Source: Octopus bimaculoides (taxonomy: Eukaryota). From it: 64,000 nt of DNA. Position numbers and translations under genes: made by a program. The first letter of the stretch is position 1, and each line of letters begins with the position of its first letter. The notes below the pieces were generated by a model. It had not been told where the DNA came from, ran no database searches, and worked only from the letters and a program-made list of their open reading frames with translations. The DNA lies in assembly GCF_001194135.2 (NCBI RefSeq), contig NC_068983.1, positions 85,845,653 through 85,909,652 on the forward strand, given 5' to 3'. Of this stretch, positions 1 to 13,185 are shown piece after piece.

Positions 1-157
1 CCCTTCCTGTGACCCATTCTCACCTGTTTTCAAGCAAGGTAATATTTCCCCATTGCCAAACATGTTTTCACAGAAAATTGGAAATAAATCATGCAATGAG
101 GAGACTGAGACACAAACAAAAATATCTATCTATCTACATATATATATATGTGAAAAT

Positions 158-330
158 GTGTGATCTAGTGGTTAGAGTGTTGCACTCACAATCCCAAGAG
201 TGTGGTTTTGATTCCGAGACTAGTGGGGCATTGTGTTCTCAAGCAAAACCACCTCATTTCACATTGACTCACTCCACTCAGCTGTAACAGGGCAACCCTG
301 CAACAGATTGACATTTTCTTCAGGAGGATG
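158..330 (+). mobile_element. tRNA-derived SINE (family with gtgttctcaagcaa...tttcacatt...tccactcagctg core)
   Basis: A-box-like tagtggttagag and B-box-like ggttttgattcc. Similar to the copy at 1965-2262. Confidence 0.55.
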
Positions 331-430
331 CCTAGCCAGTAGAGTGGCAGGATTCAAAAGCTAAAAACATTGCAAGGAAGCACATTGTGACTAGTAAAAT
401 CTGATAGTGTGGTCAATACAGCGATATATA

Positions 431-565
431 TGAGCTTCTTTCAGTTTCCTTCTTTGAAATTCACTAACAAGGTTTTGGTTGGCCTGGGGTTATAGTAGCA
501 GACACTTGCCCAAGGTGCTATGCAGTGGGACTGAACCTAAAAGCATATGGCTGGGAAGCCATACC
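431..565 (-). mobile_element. Octopus OR-type (CORE-like) tRNA SINE copy
   Basis: Motif cttgggcaagtgtct...ctatagcc. Further copies at about 3838-3985, 5997-6130, 7765-7905, 8800-9165, 10965-11390, 34195-34310, 43060-43225, 49735-49900 and 51995-52130. Confidence 0.7.
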
Positions 566-1061
566 GGTACCTATACATGTAATATTAAAATGCTTCACAT
601 AAAGAAACATGAGAAAAACACTATACTCACAACAACATGTTATCATCATACAATATTTATGTAGAAAGACATTTCCATCTTTTGTTGTTACTTTGTATGC
701 AGAAAAAAAACAACAACTTATCCTTTTACCTATACAGAATATTGTATCATTAATAGACTCTTGAAATTATGAGACATACTTAAATTATCAGATGATACAA
801 ACAATCTGAAGTACAACAACAAATGAAGTATTGGAGAAAAATTAAACATTCAACTATGCAAATGGAACTATTGTCATGGTTACAATATAGGTATCAGAAA
901 AAAAAATTATGATAATAATAGGTTTCAGGAAGAAAAAAAAAGTTGTTTTACATTAGAGACACATGTAGATGCAGGCATAGCTGTATGACTTAGAAGCTTG
1001 TTTGAAATCATATTGTTCTGGGGCTGATCCTCACAACATGGTATCACAGGAATTTACCAGG

Positions 1062-1907
1062 TACAGCGTGTTTGGACTAAATTTGATGATTTTTTTTATG
1101 TCTTCTTTTTTCAGAAATGGTTTGATGTATTGAATGGCATTGGAGAGGATAAAAATTTAAGTTGTAGTTGAGAGAAAGTTAGCTGACATGGAGGACTGGA
1201 AGCCAACTAAATATAGGAAAAGAGTTACTTGTATCATGATGATCTGAGCCAGGTATCAAAATGCCATTATCATAACTGCTGCTCAATGCCCTGTGAATAC
1301 TGTAAAGGCTGTAAGGTGTGACATGGCCAGCAGGAAAGTACACAACAGGCATTCTGATTTCACCTGCACTCCAGGATTCATTCCAACATCTTTGAATAGA
1401 GGCCCTAAGCTTAAATCAGACAGCTACGTGAAGCCACTGGGGAGGTTGCTGGCAGAAGGTCATATGCGTGGCAGCAGGATTTGGACCCTTGTCATAACTC
1501 AGGAAAGAGCCAGAAGTGGCTGTTGAAGAATTTCTACAACTTCAACAGCTTGAATTTCTGGCCTCCTAATTCCCCTGATTATAATCCAATGGATTACTAT
1601 GTGTAGGGTGCAGTTGAGAAAAGACACCAACTGCTCTACATGCAACACTAAGATTGAGCTGGCGGCCAAGATCAAGGATTTGTTCAAAGATCTTCCCAAG
1701 GACACAATGAAGAATGCATGTGCCAGGTTCCACAGCCATCTTAAAGCTGTGGTGGAAGCTGAGGGCAGCTACTTTGAGTAAACTTATCTCCTAGCCATAA
1801 TCTAGTTGATATTTTTTGACTATTAAAAATACTTTTACTTTTGGATGATATATTGTGCTTTCTTTTCCTTTTATGCAAACTGTCAAATCTAGCCTAAACA
1901 TCCTATA
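1062..1907 (+). mobile_element. Internally deleted Tc1/mariner-superfamily element, DD37D (maT-like)
   Basis: TIRs TACAGCGTGTTTGGACTAAATTTGA and revcomp TATAGGATGTTTAGGCTAGATTTGA (19/25 match). Transposase remnant WQQD...WPPNSPDYNPMDYYV*GAVE...ACARFHSHLKAVVEAEGSYFE, with 37 residues between the last two Asp. Confidence 0.85.
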
Positions 1908-1964
1908 AGTGGAAACTGTCAGGAAGCCTGTATATGTAATTGGCATTCTGTCAGTTATGACAAT

Positions 1965-2262
1965 GAAGGTTCCAGATGATCAGATCAACTGGACAGCCTG
2001 CTTGTGAAATTAATAGGCAAGTGGCTGAGCACTTCACAAACACGTGTACCCTTCGTGTAGTTCTCAGGGAGATCCAGTGTGACATGGAATGCAACAAGGC
2101 TGGCCCTTTGAAATACAGGTACAACTCACTTTTGCCAGCTGAGTGGACTGGAGCAATGTGAAATAAAGTGTTTTGCTGAAGGACACAACGTACTGCTGAG
2201 AACTGAACCCACGACCATGTGATTGTGAGCTAAATACCTTAACCACTAAAGCATGCACTTGG
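1965..2262 (-). mobile_element. tRNA-derived SINE, near full length
   Basis: Revcomp head is tagtggttaaggta...gtgggttcagttctc. The 3' part recurs at 38455-38680. Confidence 0.65.
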
Positions 2263-2813
2263 CAGACGTTAAATGATGATGATGATGACTATATATACAT
2301 ACACACACACCATCATTTTAACATTCCCTTTTCCATGATGGCTTAGCTTAGATGAAACTTAGTTGAGGCAGTTTTTCTGCAGCCAAATGGTTGTTCTTGT
2401 CAACTCTCTCGTTTCCAAGAACAGTATTAATCTTCCTTATTGCTTTGAACATGACTGGGCATGTTTCTAAAGACTGTAAGCAAAGAACACCATTGTATAG
2501 ACAGTAGCACAGTTTTTATGAAGCATATGAATAATATCAAGGAAACATGAAGACAAACGCATTCATCCACACATATATACATATTATGTCCTTGCAGTTT
2601 CCATCTCTCAACAATTTGCATAAGGTATTGATCAGCTTGAAGCTATAGTAGGAAGGAATCTTAATTTGTGGTTGTGAAGTGAATTTCTTAACCACATGGA
2701 CATACCTGCCTGTCTGTCTCTACACACATGTTTATGTGGATATTAGTCTAAAGATCAGAGAGAAAACCAAACAGTGCTCTTTGAATAAAGTCCTTTGCTG
2801 ATATTTGTTCTGC

Positions 2814-2870
<57 letters not shown>

Positions 2871-3469
2871 TTCCCTTGATGGTCTCAGAAACATAATGCA
2901 CCAATGTTGGATACATGTAGCTTACAAAAGTATTGCTCACTGATCATAATATAAAAATACACACATAAACAAAATCAATTAGCTCTAGATCTATGAAACA
3001 AGATAAACCTCTCTCTAGGAAGTATCCAAGTCTATCACAGGCAACACTTGCAAATCTATTATTTTCTGAAAGCTAGATGAAGTGGGGTACACAGGGTGAG
3101 CTGAAGTACATAAAATTAATAATACCCAGAAAAGAAAGGAAGGCTTGTAGTGGATATTTGATTTCTATTCCAGCTGTGACCATTTCTTTTTATTTTCTCC
3201 CAGACATAAGTCTATTTAGGTCTTTCCTTTTTGAAATCAATAGTATCACCTTTTACCCTCTTCTCATTTCAGTCAATGGATTGCAGCCATGCTGGAACAC
3301 TGCCTTGAAGGGTCTAGTCAAACAAATTTACCTCAGTGTTTAATTGACTTTTTCTTCTTTTTCAGTCTGGTCAGTGTCTGTTGCTGAAATGCCAAGTTGT
3401 GACGATGTAAACAAACCAACACCAGCAGTCAAACAGTGAGGAGACAAACACAAGCGAAAAACATTCATT

Positions 3470-3745
3470 AATCATCATCATTGTTTAATGTCCGCTTTCC
3501 ATGCTGGCATGGGTTGGACGGTTTGACTGAGGACTGGTGAAACCAGATGGCTACACCAGGCTCCAATCTGATCTGGTAAAGTTTCTACAGCTGGATGCCC
3601 TTCCTAACGCCAACCACTCTGAGAGTGTAGTGGGTGCTTTTACGTGACACCAGCACAAGGGCCAGTCAGGTGGTTCTGGCAACGACCTCGCTCAAAAGGT
3701 GATTTTTACGTGCTATCTGCACAGGAGCCAGTCCGGCGGCACTAC
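3470..3745 (-). mobile_element. RTE LINE 3' UTR fragment (high-copy catcatc-tailed repeat)
   Basis: Same sequence as 6549-6800. Other copies at about 5310-5470(+), 7598-7745(-), 9301-9575(-), 13615-13740(+), 14118-14278(+), 32845-33215(-), 35290-35500(+), 37370-37697(+), 43433-43740(-), 50270-50430(-), 52625-52790(-) and 53040-53345(-). Confidence 0.8.
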
Positions 3746-3794
3746 ACACACATATCTTTCTTTCTCTCTCCCTCTATATCTATCTATCTGTCTA

Positions 3795-3844
<50 letters not shown>

Positions 3845-6548
3845 GCTCCTTTTAGTTTCTGTCTACCCAATGCACTTACATGGATTTGGTCGGCCCAGGA
3901 CTGTAGTAGAAGAGTGTCACAGTGGGACTGAACTCAGTACCATATGGTTGAGAAGCAAACTTCTTACCATACAGCCACACCTGGAAGATTTGGTCATCAT
4001 TTCTAGCAAGCACACAAAAGCCCTTTCATTGGCTCAAGTTGGACTGGGTTGTAGTGGCGGTGGTGGTGGTGATAGCAATAGTAATAAAAATAAGCTGTAC
4101 CATTTATCATGTAATAGGTTTCATTCTACAGAAATACATGGTAATTAAGGCATATGGCATTACATTTACTATCCTGTCTGCTTTTCGCATGTCTGATTTA
4201 TACTATTCTTTCTGGTAATTGCCTATCTATTTCTACAGAGGCTTGGCTAAAATGCTGTGGTATTGAAAAAAAAAAAAAAAAAAAAAAAAAAATCAGCCAA
4301 ACCAACCTTGCTGATATAACAGTTTTGTTCTGCTTTCTGGTTTGAGATTGGCTTACTTTAAGATCTTTGAGAACAATTGTTTAATATGTGTAGTGAGATA
4401 TCATATCCACACAGTACTATAGATCTGCTAAGACTATCAGAAAATAGATGACTATAAATCAATAGACCACACAGCTATCAACAGAACTCTGTAGTGTTTG
4501 TATATGTCGGTAATTAGAGGATTAAATCCATACTGTTGTTTCCTGCAGGCACCCAAGTAGATATTTAAAAGGTACAATTACCAGCATATATAAATATAAA
4601 GTGTACACATTCTTCATAAGCACATACTGTACACTTTTGTGATAGAAATCATAAGTATAAATGCTTTGTATGTATGTGTGGGCTTATCTGTATATAATAA
4701 TAGCAAATATAAATGTTGGTTAGTTGGCCGATCCCTCTAATCAGGTTTTATAACATAGAAGAGAGAGAGAGAGTATAAGAGAGAATGTAAGAGGTTAATC
4801 CTTTTGTTATAATTTTGGTGAAATACACTATTTTTAAGATTTATTTTGAAATTAATGAAGTAAAACAATATTTGTCATGATTAAGCTGGAATTTGGAACA
4901 TAAATTTACATGAAGATTTGAATTCTGATCACTTTATAAAGGAAGTTTGTTATAGGAGCTAGGGGTTAAAGTCAGTATAAGAAAATTGAAATTGATAAGC
5001 AGTGGTATAGAGATGGTGAAGCTGATACAAGTTATGTAGTTGATGGATGCCAAATACATGACATATGTATATGTGATTTGTTCATGTTACACACAGAAAC
5101 AATCACAGTTTTAAGTAGAAGGATAAACTTGACAAGTTGTTGGCATGTAACAGTAAAGAAGCAATAGATTTACATAACCACACACACATCTGAGATGACA
5201 AAAGATTGAAATATCTGCCCCCTTGCAGTACTCAAGGAGACTCATTCTCCACAGTAGAAGTGTTAATGCCACTCCCTCTGCTGAAGACAATTGGCCTGCA
5301 AGAGCCCTGTGTTAGAGCCATGTATAAAGCACCCAGGAAGGGCATCCAGCCATAGAAACCAAGAGAAATCAGACTGGAACCTGATGCAGCTCTCCTGCTT
5401 ACCAGCTCTGGTCAAACTGTCCAACCCATGCCAGTATGGAAAATGAACATAAAAAGATAATGATGTATGCATGTTTATACATCACTAATACTAGTGCTTA
5501 AATAAATGTTGCTTGACTTGTTAGTTGATTTGTCTAGTCATGCTTTATGTTGTATAGAGAAAAGGGGGGAAAGAGACAGAGTTAATATACAAAGTGCAGG
5601 GCAAGTGCACACACTAAGCTTGATGGAAGGCAATGAATAAAGGAATGCCATCTGCACAAAATAGAAGGGAGAGAGAATGCTAGAATAATTGAATGTGAGC
5701 TAAAAAAGCCTCTGAAATAGTATTTATTGCAATGAATATTTTCCTTAGATGCTTTTCAAATAAGCTGCTCGTTAGCAGAGGAAGTTTCTTTCACATTAAT
5801 CACAAGGATATCCACTAAATTAAGAATTTGTAACAAACTGCTTCAAATTAATATATCACTATGACTATTACAATAGTATTATTATTGTTACACTTTTGCT
5901 ACTATGGGTTATATCAGGAAATATGGTGTACATATAATAATTATAATTCAATTTGCATCAAATTACCCATGGTAGCATGTACGTATAAGCACACACATGA
6001 TGGACTTCTTCCAATTTCTATCCAATTCACTCACAAGGTTTTATATAAGACACTTATCCAAGGTGCTGTGCAGTGGGACTGAACCTGAAACCACATGGCT
6101 AGATAGCATATTTCTAAACACAGTCTTGCTTGCTTCTATGTTTGTATCTGTGTGTGTGTGTGTGTATGTATATATATATATATATATATATATCATAATC
6201 GTTTTCATGTCTACTTTTCCATACATGCCAGGAAACTCTGATATCCTTTCATGGTGGACTGCAAGCCAATGACACCAGTTGCAAGCCTTTGTTTGCAAAC
6301 TAGGAAACATGAGGGATACACAAACATACGCACTTATATATAGATATAGTTTAATATGCAAAGTATATAGTTATGAGCTATGAATAGTTTCATACACTGA
6401 AGATCTTATCCAGACAGGTTTTAAAATATGCCTATTGTCTCCAAGTAATCTTCATGCTCTAGGTACATGGAGACACTAGATGTGTTTTAAAACCTGCCTA
6501 GATAAGATCTTTGATGTAAGAAACTATTAGTAGCTCATAATATACACC

Positions 6549-7520
6549 ATCATCATCGTTTAATGTCCATTTTCCATGCTGGCATGGGTTGGATGGTTCA
6601 ACTGGAGTCTAGGAAGCCAGGAGGCTGCACCAGGCCTCAATCTGATCTGGCAGTGTAGTGGGTGCACAGGGACCAGAGGAGCTGGCATTGACCACGATTG
6701 GATGGTGCTTTTTACGTGCCACCGGCACGGAAGCCAGTCAAAGCAGCACTGGCATCAGCCACATTCGGATGGTGCTTTTTACATGCTACCGGCATGGGGA
6801 TCACAACTACAATTTCCATTTGATTTGATTTTGATATTGCTGATGTTGATGTACTTGACTCAATAGGTCTACTCAAGCACGGCATGTCACCCTACGATCC
6901 AAGGTACTTTTGAGTGGGCTGGTTATGCGGCACTGATGAAGGTTATAGCTGTGGACTCACTGTATTTGCTGGGTCTTCTCAGTCACAGCATACCTCCAGA
7001 GGTCTCGGTCTTTTGTCATTGCCTCTGTGAGGCCCAACATTCAAAGGTCATGCTTCATCACCTCATCCCATGTCTTCCTGGGTCTCCCTCTACACCGGAT
7101 TCCTTCCACTGTTTGGGAGTGGCACTCCTTGACACAGCTCTTCTTGTCCAACTGCAGTACATGACCATACCAACGCAAACGTCTCTCTTGCACACCACAT
7201 CTGATGCTTCTTTTGTCCAACATTTCTCTCAGGGCGCTTACACTCCGTCATGTGTGCACACTGACATTACACATCCAGTGGATTATGCTAGTTTCATTTC
7301 TTTCGAGCCTACGCATGCCTTCAGCAGTCATGGCCCATGTTTCACTGCCATGAAGCATGGCAGTACGCACACATGCATCATACAATCTACCTTTCACTCT
7401 GAGCGAGAGATAGAAGCTTTCTGAACAGTAGGGGTAGAAGCTTTCTGAACTTTGCCCAGGTTATTCTTATTCTAGTGGTAACACTCTCTGAGCATCCACC
7501 CCCACTAATATACAATGTAT
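6549..7520 (-). mobile_element. 5'-truncated RTE-clade LINE: RT C-terminus, long 3' UTR and (GAT)n tail
   Basis: GGGCSESVTTRIRITWAKFRKLLPLL and ERRLRWYGHVLQLDKKSCVKECHSQTVEGIRCRGRPRKTWDEVMKHDL, followed by the ubiquitous ggaagggcatccagctgtag / ...gacattaaacgatgatg 3' end. Confidence 0.85.
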
Positions 7521-10500
7521 ATTGATATTTATCTCTCACCAGATAGAATACTTTTATGTTGATCTTACCTGAATGGGAAAGTAAACTATATATATATATC
7601 ATCATCATCATCATCATCATCGTTTAACGTCCGCTTTCCATGCTAGCATGGGTTGGACGATTTGACTGAGGACTTGTGAAACCAGATGGCAACACCAGGC
7701 TCCAATCTAAATTTGGCAGAGTTTCTACAGCTGGATGCCCTTCCTATATATATATAAGATGTACAAATGGGCTTCTTCAGTTTCCCTCTATCAAATTCAC
7801 TCAAAAAGTTTTGGTTGATCTGGGGTTGTAGTAGAAGACACTTGCCCAAGGTGCCATGTAATGGGACCAAAGACAGAATCACAAGGTTGGGAAGTAAATT
7901 TAGCCTATCCCCAGGCAGGCATAAAAAGAATAAACAGAATGAGCAGAAACAAAAAAAAAAAAAAGACAATGAGAGAAAGATAGGGATTTCATTAAGCATC
8001 TAAACATTACTGTCAACCAACAAGAAAATTTACACAACTCTTAATTACGATGCTTCCTTTAGCAATGACCACCACTGAACATTTGACACTGCTGGTCACT
8101 GGTGTTATTGATTAGCTCTAAATGAACTATCAACAAAGTATTCCACTCACGATATCCAGTCTTATTTACATGAAGTGTCCTAGAGGGAGTTTGACTGTTT
8201 TTTAGGTCAAGCAAACACAGAAAAGTGTTTCCAATGAGGGTGATGCAACAGCCTAGGGTATTATAACAAGGTTTTATAGTTATTTTATTATTCAGTTTTC
8301 ACGCAATAAGTGTATTGTGTATCTTAAGATTAGAGGAATGAAGTCGCAAAAACAAGAACTCTGATTCATAGAAGCTCCCTCATTAGTTCTATGGGAAAGC
8401 GTGACTTGTGTATATCTGAGTTCAAGGGTTCTCTCACTAAGATCTTCTTTGGGCAACAAAAGTTCTTTTTTCAGTGGGTCTAAGTTACAAACAAAGAGTT
8501 AAGATAACTTTTATCATTTATTATTCTGAGAGAAAGAGATTCATTATCATGAAGAGATTTCTCATTAGATGGCTGCAAGTCTGATTGAAAACTCAATCAC
8601 AGTCACTATAATGATGTTGTCATCAACATCATGATCATCAATGTCAGCACCAATATATAGTGACATCATCCTCATTGCATATCTTCACCAACTTCATCTT
8701 ATAGCATTCCTATCAATATCACAAAACATTAAAGCATGTTGTTCACTACTGGCGACTACCATTGAAATTATCGTCATCACCATTAATTACGACTGTAATC
8801 TTTTATCTTTTACTTGTCTCAGTCATTGGAATGCAGCCTATACATGGGCATTGCCTTGAAAGATTTACTCTACCCCAGTACTAATTTTTTAAGTTTGGTA
8901 CTTATCTATTGGTCCCTTTGCTTAACTGCAAAGTTACATGGATGTAAATAAACCAATACCAGTTGTCAAGTGGTGGTTGTGGAACAAATGCAAAGACACA
9001 AACATGTACGATGGGCTTCCACACAGTTTCTGCCAGCCAAATTATTCCACAAAGCATTGGATGGCCTGATGTATAGAAGAAGACTTGCCAAGGTGCTGCA
9101 CAGTGGGACTGAACCCAAAACCATGTAGTTGTAAAGCTAGCTTCTTCATTACACAATTGATGCCTGTTAGAATAGGTATTTCTTTTAACTGTGTATGAAA
9201 CTAGGAACTACCCAAGTGTATTACTGATATCTCTATGAGAGAATGTGATAACAAAGTCAATCTTGGAGAGACTTTCCATGGTAAACATCAAACTATAAAT
9301 CATCATAATCTTCATCATTGTTTAATGTCTGCCTTCCAGGCTGGCAAGGGTTGGACAGTTTTAGAGGAGCCTGCACAAGACTTCTGTGCCTGTTTTTGCA
9401 AGGTTTTTACAGCTGGATGCCCTTCCTAACACCAACCTCCCAGCAGAGTGGACGGAGTGCTTTTTATGTGGCACAAGCACAGGTGATTTGGCATGGTTTT
9501 TACAGCTGGATGCCCTTCCAAATGCCAACCACTTTACAGTGTGGACTGGGTGCTTATTACGTGGCATCAGCACTCTTAAATATTAATTTCTTTACTATTT
9601 GTGTCAAACCAGGGTTTGGTGGGAGAGCTTATTGGTTAGGGAGTTAGACTCATAAGTTTATGAGTTCTATCCCCTGGCCAGTCTGCAAGTTGGTTCTTTG
9701 AGCAAGGTGCTTCATTTCATGTTGCGCCAGTCTATTCAGCTGGGAGCTGGTGCAGCCCCTTCTCCTGCCAGTTATCACATCCTTACTGTTCTACTTGGTC
9801 AAAAGGGTATCTATGCCTACTCACAACTGCTTCTAAAACAAGTAGCAAAAGCATAGCACATGCTACCAGAGTATACAAGCTTGCAAGTGACAACTATAGT
9901 ATTTTTGTTTTTGTTTCTTTAAATAAAAGCATAGAACATGAATCATAGTTCATGTCTGCCGTTTCATTTTATTTCAAGAGGAATGAAAGGTAAAAACTAA
10001 CCTTAGTAGGATTTGAACATAGAAGGTAAAAAGCCAGAAGAAATATCTTAAGATTCTGCCAAACCAACACCCTAGTGTTAACAATAGTTTCTAACAAAGA
10101 CACAAAGTTACAAATTTTTGGAGGAATATGATGTTAGTCGATTAGAATCAACCCCAGTCCTCAAATGATACCATATTTCATAGTCAGGAAGGATGAAAAG
10201 CAAAGTCAACCTTGATGGGATCTGAACTTAGAATGCAAAGAACTGTAACTAAATACCACAAGATATTTTGTCCCATGTTCTAATGATTCTATAAGTCCAC
10301 CATTATAATAATGCTTTCTACTATAAAAACAAGGCCTGAAATTTTAGTGGAGAGAGCTAGTCAATTACATCGACCCCAAAAGGATGAAAGGTAAAGTCAA
10401 CCTCAGCAGGTTTTGAACTGAGAAAGTGAAGCTGCAAGAAATACCACTAAGCATTTTGTTCAGTATGCTAGTGGTTCTGCCAGCCTGCCATCTTAATCCA

Positions 10501-12999
10501 TCATTATAATAACAGCAAAACTAAGAATCTATTGTTGACATGTTTATTCATAAGCTTCAGATAAAATTTGACATCATGGAGTAACTAAGCAATTAGTTTA
10601 AGTACATTGATGAGTCAGCTTAACTCAGTGCACACACACACACACAATCACACAGAAATAGAATTACACACACCAATAAAGATACCATTATTATCTTCTT
10701 CATTATTTTGTCTGTTCTTTCATGCTTGCATGAATTGGAAGGGTCTTCTGCAGGACATTACTTTGTCACTGTTGGTTCTAAGTAAGGTTCACCCTCTTCC
10801 TGAGACTGCGTGTTTGCCTACCAAACATACAAGTGAGGTTAAGGAGCTTGTTTTGCAATCATGTGGTTCTTTTTTTCACAGGATTGGGTGGCACTTTGGG
10901 CAAATAACTTCTACCATAACCTTGTGTCAACTCAAACACACTACAATTAGGTACATGGAATATAGCTCCAGGCATGGCTGTGTGTTAAGAAGTGTGCTTC
11001 CAAACTATATAGTTCCAGTTTCAGTCTAAGAGTGGCACCTTAGGCGCCTGTCTTCTACCCTATAGGTATGGGCCAAATAAAGCCTCATGAGTGGATTTTT
11101 GACCCTAGTATTTTTTTTTCTTAAAGTCTGGTACTTATCCTATTAGTCTCTTTTGGTGAACAGCTAAGCTGCAGGAAAGTAAACACACCAACACTGGTTG
11201 TCAAGTGGTGGGGGACACACAGACACATAGGGACAGACTTCTTTCAGTTTCTGTATCAAATCCACTCACAAGGCCTTGGTTGGCCTAAAGCCATAATAGA
11301 AGAAACTGGAGCAAGATGCCACACAATGGGGCTAACCCTAAAGCCATATGGTTGAGAAGCAAGCTTCTTACCATACAGCCATGCCTGTGCATATATATTA
11401 CACACACACACACACAGCACATCATTATTTCTATGCTTGCATAGTACAACTGAAAGTTTACTGGAGCAGAATTTTTCTCTGGCCAGATGCCCTTCTTGAG
11501 GCTAACCCTCACCTGTTTCCAGGCAAGGTAATAATCCCCTCCAGTCAATCAAACAACAAACAACCTGGTCATGCTTTGCCTGAATGGTGAGGCTTTTGTT
11601 TGCAATCAGAACAAGAGGAAGAACACATTCAATTACACACAAGGCAAACTTCTTCCAGTTTCCACCTACCATTTTCATTCACAAGGGGTTGATCTCCCAC
11701 AGTTATAGTTTGGTCCCTAACAAAGGGGTTTCAAAGTGAACTCCTGAACCACATAGCCATATGTATGCCTACACATCCATGTATGATATTTAATTCCAGG
11801 TAAAAACAATGACACAATCTAAGCTGTAGTGATGTGGCTACACACACACACATATATATATATATATGTGCATATATATATTATCTGAGTGAATACCATT
11901 TTAGCTATCAGTTAAGTTCGAGTTAACAGCTAACCACTTCAATCAGTATTTAACGTCTGTGACTACAACTTGTTGCAAGTCACTCAGTGAACTCTTCCAA
12001 TAGGTAATTCTCTGTGTGCTTCACTGGATGGTGAAAATTGTTTGGAGTATATATTATTATCATTATTATCAATAATAAAGAGTATGGAGACTTAGTAGTC
12101 ACTGCAACAGAAACACGTATAGGTCGTTACAAGATACTGTATAAGATTATAAAATATATTTTGTGGATGTACAAGTCTCCATACTCTTTATCAGTAACAA
12201 TAATTATATATATCATAGATACTTGTGTATCGCAAATCCATGTAGCCAAGGAAGATTTTGTCTCAACCAAGACTATATAAAGCCAAGATTAACTTCAATG
12301 CATTGCAGTTTGATGACAGCTTAAATGGCTGAAACTTTGAAGTCACTGTCAATAATATTCTTGCTTAAGAATAATAAATTTGTACTCCATAGCAGTATAG
12401 ATTAACGTAAAATTGTTTTTATTATAATTGAACATAAAAAAATAAACATTAACATACATATAGAGACACACACGTACAATACATAATATATAAACGCAAT
12501 ATATAAGACATTCACACAATATGTAATATTTACACACATATAAATCCAACCCATGCAAGCATGGAAAAATGGATATTAAATGATGATGGTGATGATACAC
12601 ATGCAAATACACACACATAATGCATAATATACAAACACCCACACATGCAATATATACAAGCCAATACATAATATAGAGATATATGTAGACACAGTTGAGA
12701 GATAGAAAGCAGTAGACAGAAATGCTTGGACAAAAAAGTAATCAAAGATAGATTGGCTCATTGGATGTCTTTGTGCTCAAATGTCCAATGAGGATATTGT
12801 TCCAAATGATGTAATAAAAAGAAACAGATTGATGAGAAAAATAGACATGAATAGAGAAAGTGATAAAAGAACACAATATGACAAAGAGCAAGAGATAAAG
12901 ATAGATATGTGCAGATTGATAAATAAGATGAACAAAGAGATATCAGGGAAATATAGACAGACACTGATAAGCATATATATATTCTTTTACTCATTTACT

Positions 13000-13185
13000 T
13001 GTTTCAGTCATTTGACTGCGGCCATGCTGGAGCACCACCTTTAATCGAGCAAATCGACCCCGGGACTTATTCTTTGTAAGCCTAGTACTTATTCTATCAG
13101 TCTCTTTTGCTGAACCGCTAAATGACGGGGACATAAACACACCAGCATCGGTTGTCAAGCAATGCTAGGGGGACAAACACACACA
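13000..13185 (-). mobile_element. 3' module of OR-type SINE, CpG-rich and probably young
   Basis: Revcomp matches 60780-60960 (gcttgacaaccgatgctggtgtgtttatgtcccc...gcggttcagcaaaag). Confidence 0.65.

Noticed and set aside
7411-7450. 16-bp duplication tagaagctttctgaac inside the RTE fragment
   Set aside because: A local slippage-type duplication in a dead element; no further significance evident.
12349-13044. Cluster of overlapping ORFs
   Set aside because: Translations of decayed (CA)/(GATA) microsatellite sequence plus SINE fragments.
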